This document shows, piece after piece, positions 14,440 through 29,320 of a stretch of DNA of 64,000 bases; position 1 is the stretch's first letter, and each line of letters begins with the position of its first letter. The stretch spans positions 48,608,001 to 48,672,000 of the forward strand of contig OX597826.1 of the NCBI GenBank assembly GCA_951406725.2, in the 5' to 3' direction. The translations under genes were made by a program, and so were the position numbers. Under the pieces are notes generated by a model, which saw only the letters and a list, made by a program, of their open reading frames with translations, was not told where the DNA came from and searched no databases. This stretch comes from Octopus vulgaris (taxonomy: Eukaryota).

Positions 14440-15046
14440 TGCGTGAGAAGACCCCGCAGGACAAGTGAGTCCATAACCCGTGGCCTTCTACATGGGATGG
14501 AGCCAGCCTACGTATGCATACCTTCCCTTCTTGGGACACAAAACTCTACTTGTGAAGACCTGTTGAGGCAAGTGAGGATCAGAATCGAAATCGATCAATG
14601 GAAATTGCAGATGTGTTACCAGTGCCGGTGGCATGTCGAAACTCTACTTGTGAAGACCTGTTGAGGCAAGTGAGGATCAGAATCGAAATCGATCAATGGA
14701 AATTGCAGATGTGTTACCAGTGCCGGTGGCATGTAAGAGAACCTTCCGTTTCGCGACCGTTGCCAGCGCCACCCCGACTGGCCTCGTGCCAGTGGCACGT
14801 AAAAAGCACCATCCGTTCGTGGCCATTTGCCAGCTCTGTCTGGCACCTGTGCGGATGGCATGTAAAAAGCACCCACTACACTCACGGAGTGGTTGGCGTT
14901 AGGAAGGGCATCCAGCCGTAGAAACACTGCCAGATTTGACTGGGCCTGATGAAGCCTTCTGGCTTCACAGACCCCAGTAGAACCGTCCAACCCATGCTAG
15001 CATGGAAAATGGACGCTAAAGGATGATGATGATGATGATGATGATG

Positions 15047-15047
<1 letters not shown>
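14440..15047 (+). mobile_element. Family C repeat with an exact internal 96-bp tandem duplication
   Basis: 14541-14636 equals 14639-14734; (GAT)n tail. Confidence 0.85.
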
Positions 15048-15084
<37 letters not shown>

Positions 15085-15179
15085 ATATATATATATATAT
15101 AAACACATAACTAAACTCAAAAATACAAAAATAAGTTTTAAAAAGTCATACTTGGATACCAAAGATAGCATAATATGCT

Positions 15180-15925
15180 TTTAATTAAAACCAACAAAGT
15201 CTTCACATGCTGTTACTCAGAGTTTCATGCTACCATTCATCGACAGGAGGATATTCAGCAAAAGTGACCAGATCTATGGATCAGGAAGAATTGGATCCTC
15301 CATGATGACAATGCACCCTGTCATCAAGCTCTCCTCACTCGTAATTTTTCTCCCCAAAATCAACCTGGTGTTGCTTCCATATCTGCCTTATTGACCAGAT
15401 TTAGCACCTGTGTACTTCCACACCTTCCCAAGGATGAAAGTGCAACTCAAAGGTTGTCATTTTAACACCATTGTCAAGATTTAGAGCAAATCACAGTAGA
15501 TCTTCAACTTGCTTCCAGAGTCATTTAAGGCGGCTAGCTGGCAGAAACGTTAGCACGCCAGGTGAAATGCATAGTGGTATTGTGTCTGCCGCTACGTTCT
15601 GAGTTCAAATTCCGCCGAGGTCAACTTTGCCTTTCATTCTTTCAGGGTCGATTAAATAAGTACCAGTTACGCACTGGGATCGATATAATCAACTTAATCC
15701 ATTTGTCTGTCCTTGTTTGTCCCCTCTGTGAGTAGCCCCTTGTGGACAGTAAAGAAATAAGGAAATTTACTCCCAGGACAGGTTCCAAAAGAGGCAGGAA
15801 TGCTAGGACTGATGTATTGCTACCACAAGGTGACTATTTCAAAGGAGATGATGTTAAAATTTAGGTAAATAAGATATTTTGTATTAAGCATGACTTGCCC
15901 AGGAACATTTTGATACCAGCTAGTA
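15180..15925 (+). pseudogene. mariner (DD34D) transposase 3' remnant with a SINE B inserted at 15527-15760
   Basis: WILHDDNAPCHQAL and PY*PDLAPVYFHTFPRMK motifs. Confidence 0.8.
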
Positions 15926-16415
15926 CATGTATTCCTACATGAACCAATATGTATATGTGAGTGGGTATAGGTCCATGTAGCAGTGTGTGTTTATGCATGT
16001 GGTAATGAGTGCATACACATATGGTTGTACACTTCTACATACATGTATGTCTATGTGAACATGAGCCAGTGTATCCGTATGAGTGTCTCCATGTGTAATA
16101 GCACATGTAGTAACAGTTAATTCAATCCCTTCTTATTCAAGAAATACATTTTGCATATATTATGTTAATGTTGTTACATAATTTTATACAATCTGGTGAA
16201 TAGCTTAGTAGAAATTCTATAAATAAAAGCAATAATTGAAATTACTTTTAATCAAAGTAATTTTACAACAGTTTATTATAAATTATCATAATCAATTTCC
16301 TGTTCAACAAATTTTCATTATGCATATATATATTTATATGCATACATATATATATATAAACATACACATACATACATATATGTATAGATAATATAGATGT
16401 TATATATAGCTTTAC

Positions 16416-16474
<59 letters not shown>

Positions 16475-18097
16475 TGTATTTTATATGTCTATATGTGTGC
16501 ATGCATACATAAAGATTTATATGCACACATATACATGTGTGTGTGTGTGTGTGTGTGTGTATGCACTGGTGTTATGTAGTTTAAAGAACAAGTCTATAAT
16601 GATAATTAAAAGCTCTATATTTCTATTTATTTAATCATTTAGTTCTTGGTTTATGAAGTGAGTAAAAAGAAATTAAATTTCAGTCTTTTATACTATTTAC
16701 TTTTAAACAAGAAAATTTTTAATTAGCATAATACAATGATTGGCAATATTAAGAAAGCCACAAAAAATAAGCGTCACTGAATTTAAGAACATTTTTACAA
16801 AAATGTATTATTATACATGACATTATAAAGGCAGGGAGCTGGCGGAATCATTAGCACGATGGAGAAAATGCTTAGCGATATTTTGCCTGTTGCTATATTC
16901 TAAGTTGAAATTCCGCCGAGATCGAGAGGTCAACTTTGCCTTTCATCCTTTTGAGGTCGATAAATTAAGTACCAGTTACACACTGGGGTCGATGTAATCG
17001 ATTATACCCCTCCCCCAAATTTCAGGCCTTGTGCCTATAGTGGAAAAGAATTGTTAGCGTGCTAGGCAAAGTGCTTAGTGGCATTTCATCTGTTTATACA
17101 TTCTAAGTTCAAATTCTGCCAAGGTCGACCTTGCTTTTCATCTATTTTTTTTTGGTGGGGGGGGGTCAGTAAATTAAGCACCTATTTCTTTAGCCCAAAA
17201 TCAACCAAAGTCCTGCAAGTGGACTTGGAGGACAGAAACTGAAAGAAGCCCAGGGACGTATTGCCTTGGTAGGCAAGGTAGGCAGTGTCTATCTTGAATA
17301 GAATGGGACAAGGACGCAAAACATCCAGACAGCTAGATAATACAAAAATGGGACAACAAAACATCCAGACAGATGATACAAACAAGAGACAAGAAAAAAC
17401 ACGGATGGGTCATTCAAAGCTTTCTTTCCTCAGTCAAGTTCCAGATTATCTTTGCAATTTTGACTGGTTATATTCAAGATTGCTCCAATCTGGCGAGCCC
17501 CAAGGAAAAATTAAGCTAAGAGCATTAGATTCTTTGGAAGAAAGCAGTGAATGTATACAAAAGCAAGGATGAAAAAACGGAGAAATGGTACACAAATACA
17601 AATGCAAATAACAGGACATAACAACAGGTGTCTTTCAACTAAGGACAAATTAAATTAAGCTGGTGCTTGTGGAAGTGAAGCCTTACAGTAAGAGCATAAG
17701 TGGTCAGTGTATTCCTTGGATTTAAATCCAACAGGAGACTTACCGAATTGAGTCAACACCAGAATTCAACAATGGCAATCCAAGAAATTGGGTGAATTGT
17801 ATGAGTATATAGCAGAAGCTTTAGAAGAAACTTCAGACAGTATTATCATCAAGCTTACAAGTTCAATTCCCTTAAATATGGTTGCATTTTTAAAGAATTT
17901 TCAGTACCAAACCAAATATTATAGCTCTAAAGATGCCATTTAACTTATGGACATTTCAGTTCAGTTTTGTCATCTATGTCACTTAAAACTGATCCAAAGC
18001 AAAACCTTCCATATTAATTTTTGCACTAATCATCTAATTAGTTATGACAACATTACTTTCAAAATTAATTGAAACAAACGTGATTACTATTTGTAAA

Positions 18098-18703
18098 CCT
18101 CATAATAAGAGATATTCAGCAACAGTACTTTGGAATAAAGATTGTTTGCCAACATATCATGGCAGTCCTGGTATAGGACGAATGTTGCTGTAATTTAGCC
18201 CCAGGAGACATCGTCTCCAGCTGGCTATAGGACACGATCTGTGTCCTTATATTTTCGAACAAGGGAATCTAGCACCGCCACTCAGCTCAAAACAATATCT
18301 GTGTATTGTGATTTCCAGGTTATTTCCCTTCATCAGCATAGAATAATTGATCAGCTAGAGGTGGTACTGCCAAATTCCTGTTCAAAATATATAGTTTTCA
18401 AAGTGACAACTAGTCACTGATCTATAAATTAGAAAATTACTATATATTTCAAATGGGAATTTGGCAGCACCACCTCTAGCTGAACAGCTATTCTGTGCTG
18501 ATGAAGGGAAATAACCTGGAAATCACGAGACAGAGATATTGTTTTGAGCTGAGAGGCAGGTGCTAGATTCCCTTGTTTGAAAATATAAGGACACAGATCA
18601 TGTCGTTTAACCAGCTGGAGACGATGTCTCCTGGAGCTAAATTACAGCAACATTTGTCCTAAACCATGTTACATTGGCAAACATTCTTTACTCCAAATGT
18701 ATT
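18098..18703. mobile_element. Fold-back element with about 250-bp arms, a hammerhead-like motif in each arm
   Basis: 18125-18378 is inverted at 18456-18700; CTGATGA...GAAA at 18492-18534 (+) and 18298-18342 (-); consensus stem I tctgtg/cacaga. Confidence 0.8.
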
Positions 18704-19110
18704 TCATTTGATGTATTTCAGCAAACTATTGTAACTAAAAGCTTAAGGTGATTTAATTCAAAACCTTAAATTAAAATACCATGTTAATTTGTTTTCAAAT
18801 ATCAGCTTAATTATGATAATGTTATTTTTAACTAAATTCTTTATTATTTTCAAAGTTAGTTGAAACAAAGAAAGTACATTTCACTAGAAATATTAATTGA
18901 GATAAACATTATGTATTTCAAGAGAAATATGGTAACTAAAGGTTTAAAGTGATCTAATTCAAAACCTCTCATTAAAATCCAATGTTAATATGTTTTCAAA
19001 TACTAGCTCAATTAGGACAAAGTTATCTAATAAAATTATTTAGTATTTTCTTAATTAATTGAAACATCAAAAATACATTCCAGCAAAAATATGCTTACAA
19101 AAGTGTTACA
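18704..19110. repeat. Tandem degenerate ~200-bp AT-rich units related to the MITE at 50772-50992
   Basis: Recurrent aattcaaaacc...tgataa...aattgaaaca blocks, also at 18000-18090. Confidence 0.5.
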
Positions 19111-19708
19111 TTTAACATAGAGATATTTTGAATTCACTTAAAATATTGGGTACCTGAATGAGTATAAATATTGTAACGATGTCATTTTTAAGCTACTAAC
19201 ACTTTAGTTCATCCTTGTCATGCATGTTATTTCAAGTTCACTTCAATGTATGCAGTTGGACAATTTTTGATAGTGCATTATATAATTTCCCATAAGGAAT
19301 CAATGAAAGCAACTCAAATTAGAATTATTTATGGTTCCTATAAGCCAATAAAATATTGTTATGTAGTTAAGTTTAAAATCTATAGTCCCTTGCCTAAGTT
19401 TATATTATTATCAGCAACAGGCAGGTAAAATATGATATCATAAATGGAACAACATGAGTAGGCACATTTATACACTTAACTATATACATCTACATATCTA
19501 TCAATCTATCCATTTATATATGAACATATATACATACACACACTCACTTATATATAAGCACACATACACATATAGTGATAAATGATAGGTGCATAATATC
19601 CCATACTTGGAATTATAATCTATTTAAGAATAATCTTCATTTATGATTTGGGTTCTAGAACTTATCACTTCTAAGACAATCAACAGAAAATCAGTTGCAT
19701 GTGTGTAT

Positions 19709-19739
<31 letters not shown>

Positions 19740-19750
19740 CATACATACAT

Positions 19751-19805
<55 letters not shown>

Positions 19806-19812
19806 CATACAC

Positions 19813-19845
<33 letters not shown>

Positions 19846-19847
19846 TG

Positions 19848-19896
<49 letters not shown>

Positions 19897-19985
19897 GTAT
19901 ATATGTATATATACAAGGAATATAGATATTATTAGAAATAGTATTACTATCCAGCAAAGATAAAGCACCAGAAAAGGTAGAATTA

Positions 19986-21113
19986 TCTACTACACTTGTG
20001 GAAAATCGGTGTGTGTTTGTTTGTGATGTTGTTAGCTAACTCCTCCTACATTGTTTTATTGATTTTGATGAAACGTGACATGTGTTTAGAACTCATTTCT
20101 AGAAACCTCGTGACATACTTAGATTGTTGAAAAAAAAATCGATAATACGGCCCCTGGAAGGAATCTTTATATTTACCACATATAGCTATTGTTTAAATAG
20201 CCAAGGGAAATAACTCATAGCACCTGTAAAATATTTTTTAAACACCCAAGGAAAATAACCCATTTCATTGTGTATGTTCGATTACTTCGAATATTGATTA
20301 TTTTTGTGTATCCTATTTCTAATTTTTGCAGTCAATATCACTTTTATACTTTATTTAACATGTGAGTAGAACTCATGTCTGGACACCTCCTGACATACTT
20401 ATATTGTTGAAAAAAATCGATAATAGGGCCCTTCCAATGGATCCTTCTATCTACTACATATTACTAATATTTTATTTAAACGACCCAAGAGAAATAACCC
20501 ATACCACCTGCAGATTTTAGCGAAGTTATCAATATTTGCTTCTCATGATCAGCCGACCAAATTCTGCATTTCACTATTCACAGTTTTGAACTGCTAAACA
20601 TTATTATTGCATTACCTTAATTTGAATCTTAAACCTTAAAGACTTCATTCATACATTTCTATACATACATACTTTTTTGAATGTCCATTACTCCGATAAT
20701 TCTGCATTTTTACAGTTACACATTTTCCATGACAGTAGATAAATTTTTTTATTCCACAACGTATGCAAGCATAGCGTGGATTCGATCCTCGATTGCCAAA
20801 TTTCACTTAACACTTCAATAGCACTTTTCTCACGGTAAAACAATAGTTTTTCTGTGAATGACAGCAGTTATACATTTTCCAGATGCCTTCGCTAAGCAGA
20901 ATAATGTCATTGCCTCTTGCCAACCTCTGACAACCTCTCTTGCCAACCGCTAACAATCTTTCCCTCCTCCAGCTGACAGTTTTTTGTATTTTGTCGTGAT
21001 GGAAAATACACCTTTTGTGGCAGTTATAACGAAATTGCTTTCTTATATCAGAGTAATAAGGCGTTTCAATAGAACATCTTTACGCCCCGGGAATTACCAG
21101 GCATACCAGCTAG
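19986..21113 (+). mobile_element. Non-autonomous Helitron-type element
   Basis: 5' TC and 3' CTAG, subterminal degenerate hairpin, A|T insertion without TSD; the empty site agaattataaatat is visible in the paralogous repeat near 21531. Confidence 0.8.
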
Positions 21114-21621
21114 TAAATATATAATGCAAATGTACACGAAGTATGATCATTGCTTGAAATAGCAGCCAGTAAGCTACCAATGCTATGCAGAGCTTCACTG
21201 AACATTCACAGGCAGAGATGTTTGCGGACGGTGAATGTAGGAAAATTCTGTCTTACCTCTATGGAGACCATTAGAGGAATAAAGGATAATTCAATACAAC
21301 AGTGTCAAACATTCTGAACCACACGCATGAGCACAAATCCGATTGGCTCTCATCAGTTGAATGTACCATTGACAACGAATTTTTAAAATATTCACTACAT
21401 CTCTGCCTGTTTATTCGGCTGAAATCTGTAGTTAAAATCCGAACCAAGATCAGTAGAAAGATATGCAAGGAATATAAATATTATTTAAAATAATATTACT
21501 ATCCATCAAGAATAAAGCACCATAAACGGTAGAATTATAAATATACAAAGTGAATTACCAGCTGCTATTTCTATCAATGATCGTAATTCGTGTACATTCG
21601 CTTTGTATATTTATACATACA

Positions 21622-21692
<71 letters not shown>

Positions 21693-21709
21693 ATATATAT
21701 ATATGTATG

Positions 21710-22024
<315 letters not shown>

Positions 22025-22974
22025 ATATACATATATATAAAATCAATTTTCAAAGGAATGTAGCAAAGAACAGATTCAGGGTATTATCAAATCAACATTC
22101 TGGGTATTATAAAGTCTACAACCAAATTATAACTGACGTCTATCATAAACCAACGGGCTTGAGACAATAACTCCTCTTTAGCTCATTCTGCTCAAAACAC
22201 ATCAAAAAGAATATCCCCTTTAATATAGCAAAAAGGATTTGCACAATAGTGTCTGGTGAAAATACTCAGGATCTTAGTCTTCAAGACCATAGAACAATAC
22301 TAATTGAAAGACAATATCCACTCTCACTCATAGACGATGGAATTAAACATGCTAAGAAATTAGGCATTAAAATACTAAAGGTAATAAAACGTAACTCTGC
22401 ACCTCACCTCAAAACACTATTGTATATATCAACTTACAACCCTAGAAACAATGAGGCATACAACACTATTTGGCAAAACCTACCCATGCTTACTAGGGAT
22501 CCAAAAATGAACAACATTCTGAAAACAGCATAAATTCCTCAAATGCAAAAAGCAATGCAAATTGTTAAAAAGACTTCTAACAAATTTGAAGCTTTACACA
22601 ACAACCACGAAATCAACAGTTAAAAGATGTGGATGCCCAAACTGTGGAATTTTCCCCAACCTACTGGAAGGCTTGGAATTCCTATTCAAACAAGGAAAGT
22701 GGTTCACAATTAAAACCAGCTTCACTTGGACTTCCAAGAATGAAATTTATGTTGTAACTTGTTCAGCCTGTGGACATAACTATATAGGACTGACAAGTAT
22801 GACACTGAGACGGAGAACCACACTACATAAGGAACAGATCCAGTTCCTACAATGCAGACAGATTCCTTTGAGTGAACACATAGAGAGATGTACAGGTAAA
22901 ATCCAACCAAACTTCACAGTTTGCCCCATCTACCAGTACAAAGAAACAATTTCTGTACAAGAACATTTAACAAT

Positions 22975-23181
22975 ACAGTTCTATATTTAAAAGAAGAGGA
23001 ATTATGTACATTATTTACATTATTTACATTTGACGGATATTTGTTCTCATCTCGCTTGTTGCTAACACGTTTTGGCTGATATACCCTCCAGCTTGCATCA
23101 GGTGTCTCGGGGAAATTTCGAACCTGGGTTCTCATTCCTAAGGTAATTTTCGATGTTGTTATTATTATTATTATTATTATT

Positions 23182-23214
<33 letters not shown>

Positions 23215-23317
23215 ATTGTTTACGTCACTGCTTGGAATCAAACTCAGAATCTTGGGGTTAAGAGCGGATGGTACTAACCCCAAGATTCCAAGTTCCATTC
23301 CAGGCAGTGACTTGAAC

Positions 23318-23390
<73 letters not shown>

Positions 23391-23396
23391 TTAATA

Positions 23397-23469
<73 letters not shown>

Positions 23470-23661
23470 CAAAAATAATAATAACAACAGCAACAACATC
23501 AACAATATTAACATCGAAAAATACCTTAGGAATGAGAACCCAGGTTCGAAATTTCCCCAAGACACCTATTGAAGGCTGGAGGGGATATCAGCCGAAGCGT
23601 TGTGTTAACAACAAACAAGATGAGGACAAATATCCATCAAATGTAAATAATCTAAATAATG
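22975..23661. mobile_element. Third copy of the palindromic tRNA-SINE/hammerhead element (central deletion, mutated cores)
   Basis: Same arms as 7057-8085; degenerate aagaac(a/g)ttt duplication at the flanks. Confidence 0.85.
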
Positions 23662-24000
23662 TAAAGAACGTTTGAATAAAGAAAATTTGTTCATGGAAAA
23701 ATACAGAACACGTCTAAATATGAACACAAAACCAACTTTGGTTCCAGTATATATTTTTATTCATCATCACATACCCATCACTGTACTTATTTCATCTTAA
23801 TACTGAAGCCTTTGAGTTTTCATCTATATATTTATTCCCACCCGAAAGATTAGCAGTTACCTCTCCTGTCCCCAATAATAATGATCACCAATTACCGCCC
23901 CTTAGATTTTTCTATTTGCTGAATCATTCATTTACAAACTTCTCCATACACAATATGGACTAAAATCTTCTTAGGAAAATATGAAATTACAATAATTTCC

Positions 24001-24035
24001 TTGCCATGATGAGCAAAAGTGAAACCGGTCAACAA
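24001..24035 (+). ncRNA. Decayed hammerhead in the Penelope 3' region
   Basis: ttgcc-aTGATGA-gc-aaaa-gt-GAAAC-CG-GTC-aacaa; palindrome ACCGGT; C3 mutated. Confidence 0.6.
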
Positions 24036-26972
24036 ATAATACTCTTTCCCTTATAAAATATATTTTAAAATGTATTAAAACTATGCAAACTGTGTGCCGT
24101 TTCCTTCTTTTTATTGATATATTTTTTTGCATTACAACTCACCCATGAGGATAATCAAAGTTCTCCTCCTCCCTTTCTCTTGCTATACGTATGTATGTAT
24201 GTATGTATGCATGTATGTATGTATGTATGTATGCATGTATGTATGTGTGTATGCATGTATGTATGTATCTATGTATGCATGCATGTATTCATGTATGTAT
24301 GTATTGAAAAATTGCTATTTTTAATGAGACAGCATAATATTTAACTGTTGCTTTTAATTCCATGTAAATCTATGCATATCCAACTTCCAATTAAATATTA
24401 AACATTATTTGGCCTCATATTTTCTTTTGGTATATGTATACATTTGTATAAATTACAGTATTTATGTAAGAACAGAATTAAACAGATTCGATTGGACATT
24501 ATATTATATTATAATATCATAAATTGCATAATCTTTACATATATTTCACTAGCATGCACTAGTATGTCATGTGGTAATTGTTACATAGGCAATTGAAAAA
24601 CTCCTTTTAGAATGCTTGATATTCAGAAAAAAAATAGCAATTTAATCCATTGTTGAATACCAGCCTCAGCTAAGTAGGCAGAGCCAAAATGCTCCCACAA
24701 ACTGAGGTTGGTAATAAACAATAGATTAAATTACTATCTTCTGATGATCCGGTGTTCTAAAGATGCAATCATAACAATTACTGCATGATATACTAGTATA
24801 TACTGGTGAAACAGATGTGAAAATTATGTAATTTACAATGCTATAATAAAATATAAAGCTTAATTGAATTTCATGTATTGTTAAGTTTTATCCAAGAGAT
24901 CAGAAATTGCCAATAGGAAGGCCTCCGTGATGATGGGAAGAAGATTTAGTTCAACAATTTGTGCCAAGATGGTTAAGAAGTGTGCAATCAAACAAAAATT
25001 TGAAGCACATTGTGACCAGTGATGTATAACCACATCCAATGTCAGGTTAACAGTGATATGGTTTTATATATATATGTATGTATATATATATATATATCAT
25101 CATCATCATCATCATTATTAATTGTTGGATTTCCGTGCTGGTATGTGTTGGCCCCTTTGGCAGGAGCTGGCAAGACTGAGAGTCACACTGGGCTCCATTG
25201 TCTGATTTAGCATAGCTTCTACAGTTGGTTGCCTGTCAAAATGCCAATCACTTTACAGAATGTACTGAGTGCATTTTTACAAGGGGCCATTACCACCAGG
25301 GTTGCCAAATACCTAGTAAGACTATATGTTGTTTTTTCACACATCAAATGCAATATTCAATGATGTAGCATCTTAGAAGTGTTGTTCAAGATTTTGTATT
25401 TAATTATTTGCAATTAAAATCAGATTAAAATGAAATATAAAGGATAACATAACAAACATCAATTTGGGGGGTTTGGGGTTTTTTTGTGTTTTTTTTTTGT
25501 AGCCTATGAACAAGGAACTTTTAATGGTCAGTTAGCCGGCTAGCAATAGGAGGCAAATGTACTTCAGGTCACACTCACCTTACCATCTTGAAAAATGAGG
25601 AGAGTACATTAGACAAGGTAGTCCTTGAAAAATAAAGCAGGATGGTCACACTTGGAATGATTTCAGTCATAGATCTGCTTCTTCTGTGTAAGCCTTCGGC
25701 TAAGCAACAATAACAACTTTGATTTTGTGTAGCTGAAGCTACTACTACAATTGGTGGTGGTGGTGGTGATGGTGGTGGTGGTGGTGGTGGTGGTGATGGT
25801 GGTGGTGGTGGTGGTGGTGATGGTGGTGGTGGTGGTGGTGATGGTGGTGGTGGTGCTTCTTGTCATGAAGGTTGTGGTGGGTTTTATGTGTATGTGTGTG
25901 TTTGTGCATAATTGTGTGTTTACGTGTGTGCATTTACATGTGCTTATGCGACTGAAATTGTGCATGCTAGTGCATTTTTGCATGTGTGTGTGTTGCATGC
26001 TTTTTGTTTATGTGCTTGTGTGTGTGTATGTGTGTTGGTATGTTCTTGCATGTATGTGCAGCGTACTTGCATGTGACTGTGTGTGTATTTGTGTGTGTAA
26101 TTGTCCTTCTGCATCCTTGTGTATATGTGTGTGTATGTATGTATTTGCATATGCACATGCTTGTATATTTGTATATGTATGTGTGTGCATATGTAATTGT
26201 GTGTGTGTATGTGTGTGTGTGTGTGTGTGTGTGTACATATATGTGTGTGTGAGAGAGAGAGAGATGACCTCCCAGAAATTCAAAAATATTTTGAAAATTT
26301 TATTTTAATTCTTTCATAAATGGTTTATTAAGAGAATATTAGGTGAGCTTCTCGACTAGTTATCAGTGTATTAGGATTAAATACTTTTAACTAGAGTAAT
26401 TCTAATCATTTTCCTTCATTAATCTCTTCGTTCAACTTTATTTTTATAATTAGTCACCACCTTACTCCTAAATTTTCAGGAGTTCATTTATTAATGTCAA
26501 TTTTCACTGGATTGCTCAAAAATAGTCTCATACATGCATGCATGGTGGTGGTGGTGGTAGCAGTAGGGATATTGGTAGTGGTGATAGTGGTAGTGGTAGT
26601 GCTAGGAGTGTTGATGGTAGTAGTGGCGGTGGTAGCAGGCAGTAGTGGCTGGTGGCTGTTGTGATGCTGGTGGTCGTTGTGATGCTGGTGGTGGTGGTGG
26701 TGGTGGTGGTGGTGGTGGTGGTGGTGGCAGTGGTGATATTGGTATCGGTGGTGGTTATAGTGATACTGATGATAATGGTGGTACTGGTGGCAGTAATGGA
26801 TGTACTGGTGCTAGTGGTGCTGGTGGTGTTCTTGGAAATAGTGGTGGTGGTCTTAGTGATGATGATGGTATTGGTGGTAGTGTTAGTGGTGTTAGTGATG
26901 GTGATAGTCATAGTCATGGCTGTTGTGAGGATGTGAGTGGTAGTAATGGTATTAGTGATACTAGTGGTAGTC

Positions 26973-27003
<31 letters not shown>

Positions 27004-27013
27004 TGTATGTATG

Positions 27014-27047
<34 letters not shown>

Positions 27048-27349
27048 TGTATGTATGTATGTATGTATGTATGTATGTATGTGTGTATGTATGTATGTAT
27101 GAATGTATGTATATCATAATTCAGTTTTATTTCATGATTTCTTGTCAACAGAGAAAAAGTTGGTTTCTAACCAATATCCAAGGTTCCTTCATTGGAATTT
27201 CAACATCAACAGGGTATTTTTGTAAATATGCATGTATGTATATATACGTGCAGATTTCTATCTTTTGTTTTATGTATGTATACTCATGCATATAGTTGCA
27301 TATCTAGGCATGCTTATATATATTTTAATGATAAACTTCTGGAAAGTTA

Positions 27350-27641
27350 GAAAATATTTTTATATCTCACAACGAAAGATATTCAACAACAATACTTTGG
27401 AGTAAAGATTTTTGCCAACATAACATGGCAGTCCTGCTTTAGGACGAATGTTACTGTAATTTAGCCCCAGGAGACATCGTCTCCAGTGATACACAGATTT
27501 TGTTTTGAGCTGAGTGAGGGGTGCTAGATTTCCTTGTTCGAAAATATAAGGACACAGATTGTATCGTATAGCCAGCTAGAGACGATGTCTCCTGTGTCTA
27601 AATTACAGCAACATTCGTCCTAAACCAGGACTGCTATGCTA
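27350..27641. mobile_element. Shorter fold-back copy of the 18098 family with TSD-like ttctggaaagtt
   Basis: Arms match 18110-18220 and 18525-18665; ttctggaaagtt occurs on both sides. Confidence 0.75.
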
Positions 27642-28379
27642 TTCTGGAAAGTTTTACAAATTTTTACAGTTCATATGATGGCTTGGATCTGTGGTCTTCG
27701 AATCAGCTTTCTCCTTTCTGGTTTTGAGAAGCCTAATTTCTCAAGATTGGTATTTAAGCAGTGTGTAACATATCCCAGTGTCCCAATAATTACAGATATA
27801 AACCTGAACTTGTAATCGCAGTAGAGTAACTGCAGATTTCTCAATAGTTCGGCATGATGTATGTATTTTCTTTTATAATCTTAATTATTTGAATTTCTTC
27901 TTATTAGGAAGGAGTTTCTAACAAAGATACAAAGCTCCATAGCTGGAATGTAGATAACAAAACCAGCATCACATTATGAACTTGAGAAAAGTCTTGCATA
28001 TTTTTAGCATTCCACTTATACAGCTTGCAATTTGTAAAGTGCATGTTAGCTGGTTGATTTCTTTCTCTGATAAATCCCATCTTTTCCAGATTGTCACTTT
28101 TGCATTCCCTCACAAAACCAAGTGCACTATTTCTTGCTTTGAAGTTTTGGCACAAGGCCAGCAATTTCAGCAGAGGGATAAGGTGATTAGATCTACCCCA
28201 GTGCTCAACTAGTACCTATTTTACCAACCTTGAAAGGATAAAAAGCAAAGTCAATCTCGGCAGGATTTGAACTCAGAATGTAAAAATGGATGAATTACTA
28301 CCAAAACTCTCAAATTTCTGCTAAGCATATTGCCTGGCATGCTACAGTTTCTGCCAACTTGCCACCTTAAGAGCAGCAA

Positions 28380-29320
28380 TACTCACTGGTATAAACGTAA
28401 ATTTTATATTCTGGATATAGAAACTGGAGGTTTCAAAGCAGTTGTTTGTAGTTATCTTCCTTCTTTTTGATTTTCACAGAGATATTCACATCAGCAGCAC
28501 AATTGACCTAGTGCGTTTTTTTTGTGTGTGTCCTAAACAACAATATCTGGCCTGTTATGCTTACACTTGACAGGATTTTTATGGGAATGTTCCACCAATA
28601 TTCCTTCTGTTGATATTTGTGTATGCATTCAATAACTGGGATTCTCTCAATCTATTCCAGGACAGTCTTTTGCCAAATGGCATTGTATATTGTCCTCATG
28701 ACAACATCAAGGTTGTACCTCGGTAACATTTTTTGGGTAGCTGCAGATTACATGTATGATGTCTTCTACAGACATAAATAGTCATTTTCAGTTACATCAT
28801 GGTGTTCCAAACGTTTCATTGCCTCTTGTTTATTACAAATTTCATAGCTATCTCCTGTTCTTGGATTGCAGAAGCATAGCCTTCAAAGTGTGATTTGATG
28901 TAGAAGTTATGGGTCCAAAAAAAGGCTGTGCTTCTTGTCAAATTAGTGCCATTTTCAAGTCTTCAACAAACATCCGTGCATACTCTGGTTTTTGGTATGA
29001 TCAGCTTTTCACATCTTTGAGGTATGTTAGGCCAGATGTTTCAGGGTTGTATGTGAGATCATGAGGTAGAGAATATTTCCAGGGGATCTCACTGCCAACA
29101 TATAGGATGTTGCCCTCTTCACTTTTCAGCACTATATTTATATATTTCTTTTTACTGTCTGACAGAGACTATACAACATTCAAAGGCTGTTCATACAGAT
29201 TTCAAGCTTCTATTTCCTTCATTTCTTCTTAGGTAGAGCCATTTTGATATCACTCCCACTGTGGAAGTTTCCTGTTGACATCAGGCTCTTGTGGGTTTTT
29301 AATGTTTATAGAGAAGCTAA
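28380..29320 (-). pseudogene. Highly degenerate R4/Dong-like LINE fragment
   Basis: Minus-strand remnants FEGYASAIQEQEIA and GNFHSGSDIKMALP. Confidence 0.5.

Larger units (their letters stand above)
22046..24060 (+). pseudogene. Penelope-like retroelement 3' half (RT C-terminus, Zn finger, GIY-YIG endonuclease, 3'UTR)
   Basis: TDVYHKPT, HIKKNIPFNIAKRICTIV, KRCGCPNC and NEIYVVTCSACGHNYIGLT...RRRTTLHK; stops and frameshifts; interrupted at 22975-23661; ORF resumes ERLNKENLFMEKYRTRLN. Confidence 0.9.
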
